Assembly: GCA_950097015.1 (NCBI GenBank)
Contig: CATNEN010000030.1
Location: 2,604,001 to 2,668,000, forward strand
Origin: Macrostomum hystrix
Taxonomy: Eukaryota > Animalia > Platyhelminthes
DNA length: 64,000 nt
Direction: 5' to 3'
Under the pieces are notes generated by a model that was given only the letters and a program-made list of their open reading frames with translations, had not been told where the DNA came from and made no database searches. This document shows positions 1 through 11,300 of this stretch, one piece after another. Within the stretch, counting starts at the first letter, position 1. Each line of letters opens with the position of its first letter. The position numbers and the translations under genes were made by a program.

Positions 1-3000
1 CGGCGCAGCCGGCCTCTGCTACGCCAGGAGAAGCTTTGGACAACTCCGCTAGCTATTGAGGATCCGTTTGATCTGAGCCACAACCTGGCTAGCGGCATGA
101 CTAAGAAAATGGCTTGGTTCATCCTAACCACATTTCGCAATGCTCTGGCCCGCTCGGCTGGCAGGATTCGGCACCAGCTCAATGGTCTGTTATCAAATAC
201 TCAATATACTCAATACTCAATTGCTCGTTTCTCATTCTATTGCTTCAGTCCACCCAGCTTTAAATGGCTACTACCATTATCTGGGGTAAGGGCTTCCCCA
301 GTCCATGGACTGAGCAGCTGTACACAGCGTCACAGCGTAGCGCATTATCATCATTTCTGCCAATCTTAGATCCCATCTCTAGTTATCTCGCTCGTTTAAA
401 TTGTTCTAAGACTATGCGGTCCAATGCTATTGCCTCTTGCACCAAGGTTTCTGAGCTCGATTCCGCGCTAAGGCCACATTAATTTAGGGCGCAGCCGCGG
501 AGAGAAGGCTTGGTGCTTGTGCAATTTACGTCCTTGAGAGCCAACCTCCAAGACACAGTGAGAGTGTGTACTGCCCGACGATGAGAAAGTCAGGGCAGAT
601 GTACACACCTGGGTGAGCGTGTGCCTGCGTACAGTATCTGAGTGCGTGTGTGCTCAGGTGATCAGGAGTCAGAAATGGGCAGAATTGCTTCCTCGCTGGC
701 TGCGGGTCTAGTGTCACCAAATGATGTGCCATTGCCCGCAGCACTCATGCAATTGTTATTCTTATTATTATAGCAAATACTAGCTTTTTTTGCCCGTTGT
801 TTTTGGGGCAGAAATTTAAAGCAAAGCAGTAAGCAATTCACGTCTCTGTATGAACTTTATAGTGAAGGTCACCATTTATTTATTTACTGCATTAATGAAA
901 AGTGAAGAGTTTGTTTAAGGGCGTTTTAAGTAAAAAATAAGTGAAAAGTTTGTCCAAACAGCCCCCTCTTGATTACTTCTTTAGAAACATGTCTCTTAGC
1001 CACTCCTCTATACAGTCAGTGGCAGATCCAGGAATTTTGTTTTGGGGCGGTCTGTCAGGGGAGCGCCATGAGAATCACAGAGGGGGTGCCAGCGGCCGAA
1101 AAGGGCGCCAGGAGCCAAGAAAGGGCGCCAGCGGCTGAAAAACGTGAGCCAGCGGCTGAAAAAGGAGCGCCAGCGGCCGAAAAGGGGCGCCAGTGCTGCG
1201 ACTGGCGCCCCTGGTGGGGGCATCTTATTCCCATGATTAAAATTTAGGGGGGCGACTGCCCCCCCGCCCCCCCCCTAAATCTGCCTCTGTATACAGTATG
1301 CATGTACACGCGTATACATAAGGAAAATAGCCATGGCATAACAATAACAATGTCAAAGAAACAAAATTAAACTGTTTCAGAGTTCAGAGTTAGACAGGTC
1401 AAGGTCAATTCGTGACTACTTTTCTATTAATTGCTTGCGAGTCACCTCAAGGCCTGGGGATACACCACATTCTTCGTTCTTCCCCTTGGTGCGAAAATGA
1501 ATAGGCCAGCTGGAGTTCCAACAGGCGACATAAAGCTGCCCATGCGAGAAGCAAGGAGTCTCCAGGTTGATGCCAGCCACCTTCAGCGACTGTCCCTGAG
1601 CCTTGTTAATAGTCATCGCAAAGCACACTCTCACAGGGAACTGCAGTCGCTTGAACTGAAATGGCAGGTCCGTGGGGATAATTGGAATCCGGGGAACGAA
1701 CACAGACTCTCCTCTGCCAGATCCAGTCATTATCGTGGCCTCAATCACGTGTGGGAAGAGCCGCCTGACTATCAGTCTGGTGCCGTTACACAGCCTTGGC
1801 GCATTCAGGTTGCGGAGGAGCATAATTGGTGCCCCAACTTTCAGCTGCAAGTTGTGCGATGGAGTTCCAGGAGGATCTAGAGAGTTCAGAAACTCAACAG
1901 GATACTCCACAGCGGTGTCATCAGTCAACGTTGTATCAATTGACTTGTAGGTGAAAACTGCACCTGGCAACTCCTGAAGCAGTTGGTAGTTAATTTCGTT
2001 GGCGGCATCATTTCTAGGACACAGAATTGCCTTCTCTGACAGCCAGTCAACGCCAGCCTCTCTCTTTCTTCTATCCCAGGCTGGCTGGAGAGAAATATCG
2101 ACCGGAGAGCCCTGCGCACTGGGACGCCACCGCACTCACCGCACTCAGTCTCAGTGCTGCTTGGGGGCCAGTAGACTGTCTAGGGGTTTGGGCTGTGTAC
2201 ATTCACGGCTTGAAATACAATGTACAGTCTGGGGCTTCGGCGCCCGGGGAAGGGAGGGGGTGGCTGTAATAAAATTTGGCCCGCAGAGTGGCGGAGGGGA
2301 GTTGGGGTGGCTGTCCTCGGAAAACAAAAAGTGACTCACTTTGAGATGATGCAGCTTTGCTCTGGATTGAGTAGAGATGTTCAAAATTGACAGCATTGTT
2401 GGAAAACATGTAAAGTGTAAGTGGATCAAATTTGGAGAAAATCTGACAAAGTGGGGCGACGATATGTCGAATTGAGTGATTTTTTGACTATTTTTGAGCA
2501 GTTTTTTGCACTTTTGAGCAGGAAGGAAATGATTTTTCGGGAATTTGAGTAGCCTATTGCACTCAGCGTAGGTGGTTTTAGGTATGTGCAAAGTTTGGTG
2601 CGATTTGGTTGAGCGGTTTCGGCGTCTATAAAGACAAAAGGTTGCACACACACACACACACACACAGACAGACAGAGTTTTCACTTTTATATATATAGAT
2701 TTGTAATTTGCCTAATTTCTCCTTTGAGATCCTTCGGACTTACTCTTTTCGATCCAGAATTTCCTGTTGATTCTCCCCAAACAGGTCCGCTGCTGTCCGC
2801 CGATCTCCGACCCCAGGACGAGCCACGCGACCGCGGCTGCCAGCGCTGTGGCCGGATCGGCCACGCCGGCCGGGACTGCGGACGGGACCAGCGTCAGGCC
2901 GACCTGCTGTCGCCGGTGCGCACACCGCTAGCCGACCTGCGGCGTCAGCTGGAGCTCATTGAGCTTGAAGCTAAACCTTCCACCATCGATGCCAAGCCCA

Positions 3001-3482
3001 GTCAAAGTCTGCAGCAGTCGCCGCAGCCGCCCCCGCCGAAGCAGGGTCAACCAGCTCAGCAGCAGGAGCAGCAGCAGCATCCGGCTAATCAGTTTCCACC
3101 TCAACTGCATCATCTGCTGCAGTTTCCTTATCCACCGCAGCCTCAACCGCAGCAGCAGCAGCAGCAGCAGCCACAACCACAACAGCAGCAGCAGTCACTG
3201 CCACAGCAGCAGCAGCAGCAGCAAAAGCAGCAGCAGCAGCAGCAACACCAGCAGCAGCAGAAGCAGCAGCAGCAACAACAACAGCAACAACAGCAGCAGC
3301 CACCGCAGCAGCAGCAGCAGCTACTGCAACAGCTGCAGCTGCAGCTACTCCAACAGCAGCAATTGCAGCAGCAGCAGCTGCAGCAAAATCATCATTATCA
3401 TCACAACTATTATCAAGGCCAACTGCAGCAGATGCCGCATATGCCGCCTCCGCTTCGTCTGCAGATGTTGGCCCAGAATTAT

Positions 3483-3526
<44 letters not shown>

Positions 3527-3632
3527 TGCCCAGCAGTATAATCAGTCGCCAAATGCGGGATATTATATTCCCATGGCCCTGCCACCCGGAGCTGTCTGGC
3601 CATCACCGTTTCCGCCTCCGCCGCGTTGGTGA
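1..3632 (+). CDS. TUT4/7: Terminal uridylyltransferase TUT4/TUT7 (ZCCHC11/ZCCHC6) homolog, last two coding exons; 5' part lies outside the window
   Basis: Frame 1 from base 1 reads ...LWTTPLAIEDPFDLSHNLASGMTKKMAWFILTTFRNA, matching the PAP-associated IEDPFDL.HNL motif. Predicted exons 1-184 (GT at 185) and 2785-3632 (ttctccccaaacag acceptor) join in phase 1. The second exon has the CCHC knuckle PRDRGCQRCGRIGHAGRDC, then a Q/P-rich tail. Confidence 0.85.
272..345 (+). mobile_element. SINE family A, 3' fragment
   Basis: Carries ccccagtccatggactgagcagctgtac, a motif shared with copies at about 17440, 20790, 29820, 29985, 42590 and 56635. Confidence 0.55.
471..775 (+). mobile_element. SINE family B (tRNA-derived), 5'-truncated copy
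   Basis: Close match to 13540-13850 and 41900-42176 (ggcgcagccgcggagagaaggc...gacgatgagaaagtcagggcag...ggctgcgggtctagtgtcaccaaatg). Ends in an (atta)-type tail. Confidence 0.8.
1017..1289. mobile_element. hAT-type MITE nested in the Helitron
   Basis: 8-bp TSD tatacagt at 1009-1016 and 1290-1297. Imperfect 16-bp TIRs: cagtggcagatccagg, and the reverse complement of the right end, cagaggcagatttagg. Internal ~20-bp repeats (gccagcggccgaaaagggc). Confidence 0.85.
1442..2060 (-). pseudogene. Helitron PIF1-family helicase C-terminal remnant, frameshifted
   Basis: Motifs AILCPRN, LKVGAPIMLLRNLNAPRLCNGTRL and RLQFPVRVCFAMTINKAQGQSL...FSHGQLYVAC. A frameshift follows YVAC; the other frame continues GTPAGLFIFAPRGRTKNVVYPQALR*. 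No Rep domain is present. Confidence 0.9.
3040..3525 (+). repeat. Coding CAG/CAA polyglutamine tracts in the TUT4/7 C-terminus
   Basis: Several interrupted (CAG/CAA)n runs in frame with ORF 2724-3632. Confidence 0.9.
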
Positions 3633-4814
3633 GACTGATTTGCCTGCATGATTTTTTTCTCTAGATTTCTTTTTGTTTTTCTTTTTAGATTTTCTAAATG
3701 GAACTGAAGTATCTCATAATTTATACACCCTTTCATTTGGTTTTCCACCGTTTTTATGGACACTTAAAAGAGCATCAAGCTTAAGTTTTGGACAATTTTC
3801 TTTTAATCGATTTAAATTTCGTCTAGATTCCAAATGTGTCAGTTTAACTGATTTCATTTTAATATTAAAATATAATTACTGCGGTTCTTCAACGCCAAAA
3901 TTTAGTAGAATAGAAACTTTCATGCAACGAGTAGGATTCTGTTCCTGTTTCAGTAGAGCCTGTTTATTTTACACCCAGATTTTTGGCCAGAAGACACACT
4001 ACAGGGTTGTGTAAGAAATGAATTTGGTTATGCATGTCGTCAAGTCTATTATTTTTCCAATCTCAGCACCCCTATGCTCTCTGTTGTATTTTGGCTTGTT
4101 TGAACGCATTTTGTTTTTTTTCCCGCCGATTGCTTTAGTTGCTATGTATGAATGATTTTAATTTTTACTAAATCTCTATTAAATAATCCCAAGTACTGAA
4201 CAAACTTGTTGTGTATGCCCAATAGGCCAGTTGGTCTGTGTTTTTATTGCTCTGAATGTTCAAGGCCTTTTATAACCTCCCCGCAATGTCCTCTAGAATG
4301 TCCCCTGTATGCTTGCCCGCCTGTACTTTTGTTTGTTCTCCACGACCCGATACTGGGATTTTTTGTTGAAGCGATCGAGTCGCTACCTATAGAGTTTCGG
4401 TTGCATTTTTCAGATCTGTGTTTCAGCTAAATAGAAAGTATCTACAACTAAAAAGACTCTAGTATATATAAATGAATTATTTTGTTACTACGCTCGTACT
4501 GACAATGCCACCCAGTTTTGTTTGATGTGTGCCGCCCGACACATAACAAGTATTTGTTGATTGTTCATCCTGTCCTTCAATCCATTGTTACTCACAGCTC
4601 TCTTAGCTTTACCTGGAAATTTTTTTTACTAAAACACTTTAAATATAAATACTGACAAATCTCTTTTTAAGTTTACAGCCAAACTGCTTTCGCCATTGTT
4701 TCAATTAAATAAATCGGTTTAAGGCTTGTTAAGGCTTTTGAATAGCGAAAGCGATAGGTTTAAGTACATAGGATATTTTGCATTTCCTGCCTTTTCCATT
4801 CCGCACACAAGTGT

Positions 4815-4895
4815 GAATCACGTGACCGCTTATGAGCAAATCGCAAAGTGAGTTGTGTAGCCAATGAAAATGATGGGGTTATTTCCAATCAGATT
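4815..4895 (+). promoter_or_regulatory. Candidate promoter of the orphan ORF
   Basis: tcacgtgac E-box at about 4818; gccaatg at about 4860 and ccaatcag at about 4886, 50-120 nt upstream of ATG 4940. Motif match only. Confidence 0.35.
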
Positions 4896-4939
4896 TTAGT
4901 CCAACACTGCTGGTCACACAGTTGCAGAGCTCAGATCGG

Positions 4940-5635
4940 ATGGCAGCCAGTGTGGAATACGCCAGCTTGAATGTAGGCTCAGCTGTGAGCCAGCTCGGGC
5001 CGCAGGACGTAGACTATTGGCCATTGTGGGTGAACATCACTGTGCCGCTGCTGTCCGCATTGGCCTTCGCCGGCGTACAGGCCCTATTGCTGTTCGTTGA
5101 CGACCCCGGACTCCGGTCGGCGAAGCGCGCCGGTCTGTATCCGCGCCAGCTGACTTCGCCGTCAAATTATTCGACTGCGGCGAGCGCTGCCGCTGCCGCT
5201 GCGTCGACGACTAGGACTCCAAGGACAGACATCGCTGCCGATGCCGTCTTTGTCGAGATGGCACCGCTGACTCAGTCGCCGAGTACGGCACCGCCTGATT
5301 CCAAACTCACCGACGCCTTCGTGCAGTGCGAACTGCTTCGTCCGGCTGCATCAACGCCGCCGGTGTTCCTGCCACACCTGCACCCGCAGCCATATTTCTA
5401 CCAGCAGAATCCGCGCCAGCGCGCCGTCAGCTTTGGCAACATGGAGACTGTCGGCACTTCTGGCACCGGCTTGCGTGAGCGCAGCGGCTCAGAAACCATG
5501 CGGATGCTGGAGGGCATGCTGCTGCGGCCAGCCAGACGGCACACGCACCAGCACCAGCACCACGCCTACCTGCGCCAACTGTCTGAGAGCGAGTCTCGCC
5601 TTGGCGGAGCCATCTTTGAAGATCGCGACGATCCG

Positions 5636-5666
<31 letters not shown>

Positions 5667-5860
5667 CGGCTACCCAATCTTTGACTGGCATCAGTGGTCG
5701 GCGGCTAATGCACAGCGTGCATCATCAATACCATCAGCGGTTGCAGGCCAGGCAGATGCGCTATTCCACACCTGTGCAGCCGGACAGGCGGGCGCTGTCC
5801 CAGGAGAGCGGCCATCGGGTGCCACCGACGCCACCTTCGAGCGATCGCAGCGATGATTAA
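4940..5860 (+). CDS. Intronless orphan protein (~306 aa) with one N-proximal hydrophobic segment and a long disordered tail
   Basis: GC-rich ORF with the same coding-like composition as neighbouring exons. ATG at 4940; hydrophobic WPLWVNITVPLLSALAFAGVQALLLFV; tail with poly-A/H runs and RxxS motifs. No family recognised. Confidence 0.7.
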
Positions 5861-5989
5861 GGCTCGCCTGGACTTTCAATTTTTTTACGAATATTGATTT
5901 GATTTAAATGTGAACTTTTATTCTGAATCCAGATCTGACTATCTACGAGTTGGTGTTGACTATAACAAAATATAATTTGCAGGCGGGAT

Positions 5990-6222
5990 GTGGGCCCGGT
6001 GCATAATTAGGTGACCCTAGACCCGCAGCCAGCGAGGAGGCAGTGTACACTCAGTGTACACTCTCAATGAGATTTGGAGTTTAGCCCTCAGGGGCGTAAA
6101 TTGCACGACAAACCCCCAAGCCTTCTCTCTGCGGCTGCGCCTAAAATGAATGTGGCCTCGCCGCGGAATCGAGCTCATGACCTTGGTGCTAGAGGCGAAC
6201 GCGTTAACCGCACTGCCACTCA
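5990..6222 (-). mobile_element. SINE family B copy with tRNA-like head and an internal deletion
   Basis: Minus strand reads agtggcagtgcggttaacgcgttcgcctctagcaccaaggtcatgagctcgattcc (A/B-box-like), followed by the family B body. Confidence 0.75.
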
Positions 6223-7367
6223 TCCCCTACTGGTTGTTGTTAATTCTTTCGCTTCTTTGAAATTGATTTTTATGATTTTTCTAATCTGGACCAGTGATTT
6301 ATTATACAGAAATCATTTGTCAGTGTATTCGTGAAGTTAATTCTCAAAAAGTTGCATAATATTTTTTAGCAGTCTTTTATTGATTTATTTTTCCCGCGAT
6401 ACGAATTCGGTGTGGTTTTTGCTACTTCTCTACTTATAGTAGAATTGTTTGTCTTCTGTTTTTGTCTCGATTTGATCAAATAAATTCAAATTAACGGCTA
6501 TTCCACAGCAATTAAGATTATTGATTTGTTTGCTATCGATTTAGATGGCAGAAATGAAAAAGAGAATACATTGTTGTTAATCAAAGTTGAATTCAAGCAT
6601 TGTTTAGAATGTTGTATCCAGTTTAGACGTAAGCAGTTCATGTTATCGATCTTAGGTACCTTAGGTGCACACATCTGTGCCTGACCCAGGTTTCGTGTAT
6701 ATTTTTAACTTGTCTTCAAGAAACACAAGTTAATCGATTAGCTGCTGCCGAAGTGTTTAATAGAAAGTCACTATAGCTCATTAGGTATGCTTATGCGATA
6801 CACAATTCTGTTATTGATTATGTAGAGTATTCCATTGGGAATGCTGATATTGCATTGGCTGTGTTGTGAAGACATTGTTGGACAGCGGCCTGTCAGATTA
6901 AGTGCACTTTTTAACCTAATTTGAACATTTGCACTGCATCTCTGTCAGTGTACATTGTGCATAAGCATGATTTGCATCTTTGTTGAATAAATAGACACTC
7001 AAAGTGCAGTGGGAGATTGTGTCAAAAATATGGTCAATTATCCGAGAAAGGAAATAAGTGTTTTCGAATGCAGCTTTGATATGAGCAAAGTAGATATCGT
7101 GTCAAAGTTTTCCTTCGATACGATAAGGGTCAATAAATTTTTATGTCCTCCGGCTCATACTACTCTCAAACGGGTTTCAGTAGTTTCAGTGCGCAATAAT
7201 ATTATATGCAAATGTAGACTGGCTACTGCTTGCCTGCTACTGGACAAGCATGTCAACATCTCTGCTACTCTATAAAAATCATTTGTGAATAAACAGAAAC
7301 ATTGATTAAATCTAATAACTCCAGACCTGACATGACTGAATGGTGGCTTACTCATTGGGGCAGCTTC

Positions 7368-7986
7368 AGACCAGGTGCATGACCGGTGGGTAACTCATTA
7401 GCGCAATTTCAGGCCAGGTGCATGACCGGTGGGTAACTCATTAGCGCAATTTCAGGCCAGGTGCATGACCGGTGGGTAACTCATTAGGGCAATTTCAGGC
7501 CAGTTGAATGACCGGTTGGTAACTCATTAGGGCAATTTCAGGCCAGTTGAATGACCGGTTGGTAACTCATTAGGGCAATTTCAGGCCAGTTGAATGACCG
7601 GTGGGTAACTCATTAGGGCAATTTCAGGCCAGGTGCATGACCGGAGGGTTACTCATTAGCGCAATTTCAGGCCAGTTGAATGACCGGTTGGTAACTCATT
7701 AGGGCAATTTCAGGCCAGTTGAATGACCGGTGGGTAACTCATTAGGGAAATTTCAGGCCAGTTGAATGACCGGTGGGTAACTCATTAGGGCAATTTCAGG
7801 CCAGATGCATGACCGGAGGGTTACTCATTAGGGCAATTTCAGGCCAGGTGAATGACCGGTGGGTCAATTTTAGGCCAGGCGAATGACCGGTGGGTCAATT
7901 TCAGGCCAGGTGAATGACCGGTGGGTCAATTTCAGGCCAGGTGAATGACCGGTGGGTCAATTTCAGGCCAGGTGAATGACCGGTGA
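7368..7986. repeat. Minisatellite, 43-bp unit shortening to ~31 bp at the right end
   Basis: Unit gaccggtgggtaactcattagggcaatttcaggccaggtgcat, about 15 copies. Confidence 0.95.
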
Positions 7987-8338
7987 CTGGCTACGAGCAT
8001 TGATTGAGTTTTTATACCCTGTGACTAATTACAGGGGCTACGAGTATAACAAATAGGCAGTATATACAGGGATATGTCAGTGAATCATTCGTCCTTTAGC
8101 TTAGCTACTCTATAGATTTATGCTGTTAAAATAATTTTTTAAACTACGGGCTTCTGGCTTTAGAAGACAATTTTTTCCAACGAAGCTTGCCTCCGATTCT
8201 TGAAGCTTTTCTTCAGAAGGCAAGCGTCGGTGGAACCTGTTTCTTAGAAAACTGGCGGAGGGCCAGCCAATATTCAAGATCACAGATAGCTGACGAGATG
8301 CGCAAACTTGTACACAGCAGTCGGTGCCGGGGACTCAG

Positions 8339-11300
8339 CTACAATGACGCCTGCAACAGCCCGGCAGCCTGGCCAGCCTGCCTGGCCTGCTCAACTGCGG
8401 ACTCGGCCGCCTGTCCGGCTCTGGCCAACTGGTCGGCCTGGCTGCGCAGGACCCGCACATTCCAGGCAAAGTTGGCAGCCTTCTTGGCGTGACCTAGACG
8501 AGGCCGACAGCCGCCGCCACTCGTGCCTCCTCCGGCACCGTCTCCGCTGCCTTCGCGACCGCCGTTCTCCAGCTCGCTGTAGCGGGCCATGCAGGAGGCC
8601 TCGTGGACGCTCAGCCGGGACAGCAGGCCAGGGCCCTGTTCGGATAAGCGCCTGGCCTCCGAGATTACCTGAGATTGGGGGAGGGGCTTTAGTTAATTTC
8701 GACTTAAAAAGCGACAAGTTGTGGTCCTCTCCCCCCCCAGTAGATTTTTTCATCTAGCGGAACGCCTCCTTCGGAGGAAATGGAAAAGCTCATACTCCCA
8801 TTGCCTGCGTTTCAGCAATAAAACATTAACACCTCCCTCGCATCGTATTGGCCAGGGCACTTAGCCAATCGGAATAAGCGCTCCTTTCCCACAACGCCAA
8901 TCTCACCCTCCCCCATCGCATATCGCGCTCACCTCCCTATACTGCTCCTCATCCCATTGAGTGAAGGAATAATGGCTGGGGATTTTGCGTTGGATTTGGA
9001 AGGAAATAAGGGACGCGGTCCTGAATGTGGTGGGCTTGCCATTGGATTGGTTAAGGCAGGGAAGGGGTTTTGTGTGATAAGGTGGGGTGTTTTTCGAGGT
9101 CCGTGGGTTTGAAGTGATGATGGGTGCTCAGCCCGATTGGCCAGGAAAACCAGCCAATCCGGTTCGAGTGCGGTAGAGAGAATCGACCAAGAAACTTACT
9201 TCAGAGCTCTCATAGTCTAGTTCATTAATTATTCAAGATGTACAGGGTGATGTCCACTTACGCTAAAAAATGGAGCCCAGATGGGGTTTATCACTAGGAA
9301 CAATTGAGATATAGGTGAAATATTAAGGATTTAATGAATTTCGATGAATAGTAGATGACCATTCGTTAATTCCAGAGCCTCAAATGGATCTAATCCCAAT
9401 ATTTCCCCACTATCCCACTAGAGGCTTACGGTTGTCTCGTGATGGTGCAGCTAGTATTTTATTCACTTTTTAGCAATCAAAATGGAGATAGGTGATACTT
9501 GTCTCGTGTCGGAATACCAGGTTCAGCGCACCTGTTCAAAGGCAGCCAGCCCCTTGATGAGAGATTCGGGCAGCCGACCACCCGACGGCGCCTGCAGCAG
9601 CTCCAGACTGGGCCAACTGTCCGCCGTCTCCATGCGCAGCGCGGCCCCGGCGCTAACGGCGCTGCCAGCCAGACCGCGAACGCAGCGCTTAACGGCTGGG
9701 CCGCCACCAAAGCTTCCTCCGCTTAGCCCGCTGCTACGGTGGCCGCCACCGCCGCCGCTGCTGCCACCGCCGCCGCCACCGCCACCACCGCTAGATAGTC
9801 CGCAGACTTCGCGCAGCCGGCTGAGCGATCGATCAAAAGCATCTCGCAGCTCGGCGGCCGCCAGCAAGTCGATGCTGGCCGCTCTGAACGACTCGTCGGC
9901 CTCGGCGAGGCCGGTCAACTTCAGGCGAGGACAGCCGCCGCTTCCGCCGCGCCGGCGCTGATTCTTGGCGGCCTTCCCGGACAATGGCCGGCTGCTGCTG
10001 GTCACGTGCACCAGCAGGCGTGCATTGGGCAACGGCTCGCCAAGCTGGCTGAGAAGGCGCACGTGCCGATAACCTGTGGGAGCGGGGACCAAGGACAGAG
10101 GAAATGTAGGTCAGGCGCAAATAAAACGTAAACTGTACTTTCATAGGCGTCTGTAGTCTATGGCCTATAATAGTCTATGACCATAGACCTATAGTCTATA
10201 GTCTATAAATCACATAGAATAGTCTATGACTGTCAGTAGTCTATGGCAAAAGTGCAGCTCACCAGTCTGCAGGCAGTCCACTGGTACGGTCATCTGCCCG
10301 ATGAACTCGTCGCCGATCGCATCGTCGTCCAGCACTAGGAAGCGCAGCAGGGCCAGCTCTGGCAGGCGAACGCGAAACTCGAAGGCCTCGTCGAACACCG
10401 GATCGAAGCCGTTGCCGCGGACTGTTCGGGTTCGCTCGGTGGCGCAGTCGCCAGCTAGGCCGAACAGCTCCACCTGTTGATGCAGCCAGTTCGATTGACT
10501 GTACCTCCTCAGGCATTGAATACACTCAGGCATTAAAAACTAAATTGGATGTATATTTTGAATAGGCCCCTATTACGAGTAGCCTACGCTGATGAGCAAG
10601 CATCTATCTCCAAGGCATCTGTGCTTTGATAGTATCGCCGCAGCGTTGATACTTTGATCTTAGTTTGCTTTATAGTCGCCGCATATTCCTTTCATCTACC
10701 GGGCAAATGTTCCTAGAGCATGTTGAGCACACCGCCCTGCAGTAGCAATACTAAGCCCAGCAGTTGCTTCAGGCTTGCGATCCTTTAAAAAAAGCCGCCA
10801 ATAGCGCACAGCTGTTATGTTTTCAGAAATTGAGCTGATCAGTCTCACCTGTACATACGGGTCCGTGACGTTGCCCTTAGTAACAGAGCCTCTCGGCTTT
10901 GGCAGCTGGGAGCCGCTGATCACCCGCACTCGCAGCAGCCGCCCGGCCGGCAGAGCCAGCAGCGGCAGGCCCTGACGCATTGCCGGAGGTTTCAATACAA
11001 AGCCGCAGGCGCCGTTGCGGGAGAAGTGGCCCCTGTTCAGGTCAAGGATGCGGCCCACCGACTGCCGGTTCAGGCAGACCAGCTGGCAGCCGCAGCACCA
11101 GGAGTCGCGTGGATTAAGATTGCTGGAGTCGACCCGGGCAGCGCTGGGGCGCACCTTAGGTTCGGGATGATCAAAAGCGCTGAATTAGACAACATATCTT
11201 AAAGAACTTGTGCTTTTAAGACATTGCTAATGAGGAATGCATTGAGAATTTTCCGTCAATTGATGGCTGTTCTTTTATGTATCTTGTAGCCAAAAGTAGA

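Larger units (their letters stand above)
780..2699 (-). mobile_element. Non-autonomous Helitron, both ends present, internally deleted
   Basis: Minus-strand 5' end A|TCTATATATATAAAAGTGAAAACTCTGTCTGTCTGTGTG at 2699. The 3' end has a gcccc-aaaaacaac-gggc hairpin followed by CTAG|T at 780, so it is inserted between A and T. Contains a PIF1 helicase remnant. Confidence 0.85.

Noticed and set aside
3085-3606. Antisense poly-Ala ORF and alternative-frame poly-Ser ORF over the polyQ region
   Set aside because: These are shadows of the CAG repeats in the TUT4/7 coding frame.
8690-9260. GC-patchy intronic segment with paired attggc/gccaat motifs and a lone TA|cagggtg end; similar patch at 25700-26230
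   Set aside because: Probably decayed DNA-transposon fragments, but I found no matching second TIR, TSD or second copy in the window.
9482-9961. Plus-strand ORFs opposite PLCL, SENP8, LMO7/LIMCH1, SLC25 and UPP exons
   Set aside because: Antisense or alternative-frame shadows of GC-rich coding exons, with no independent motifs.
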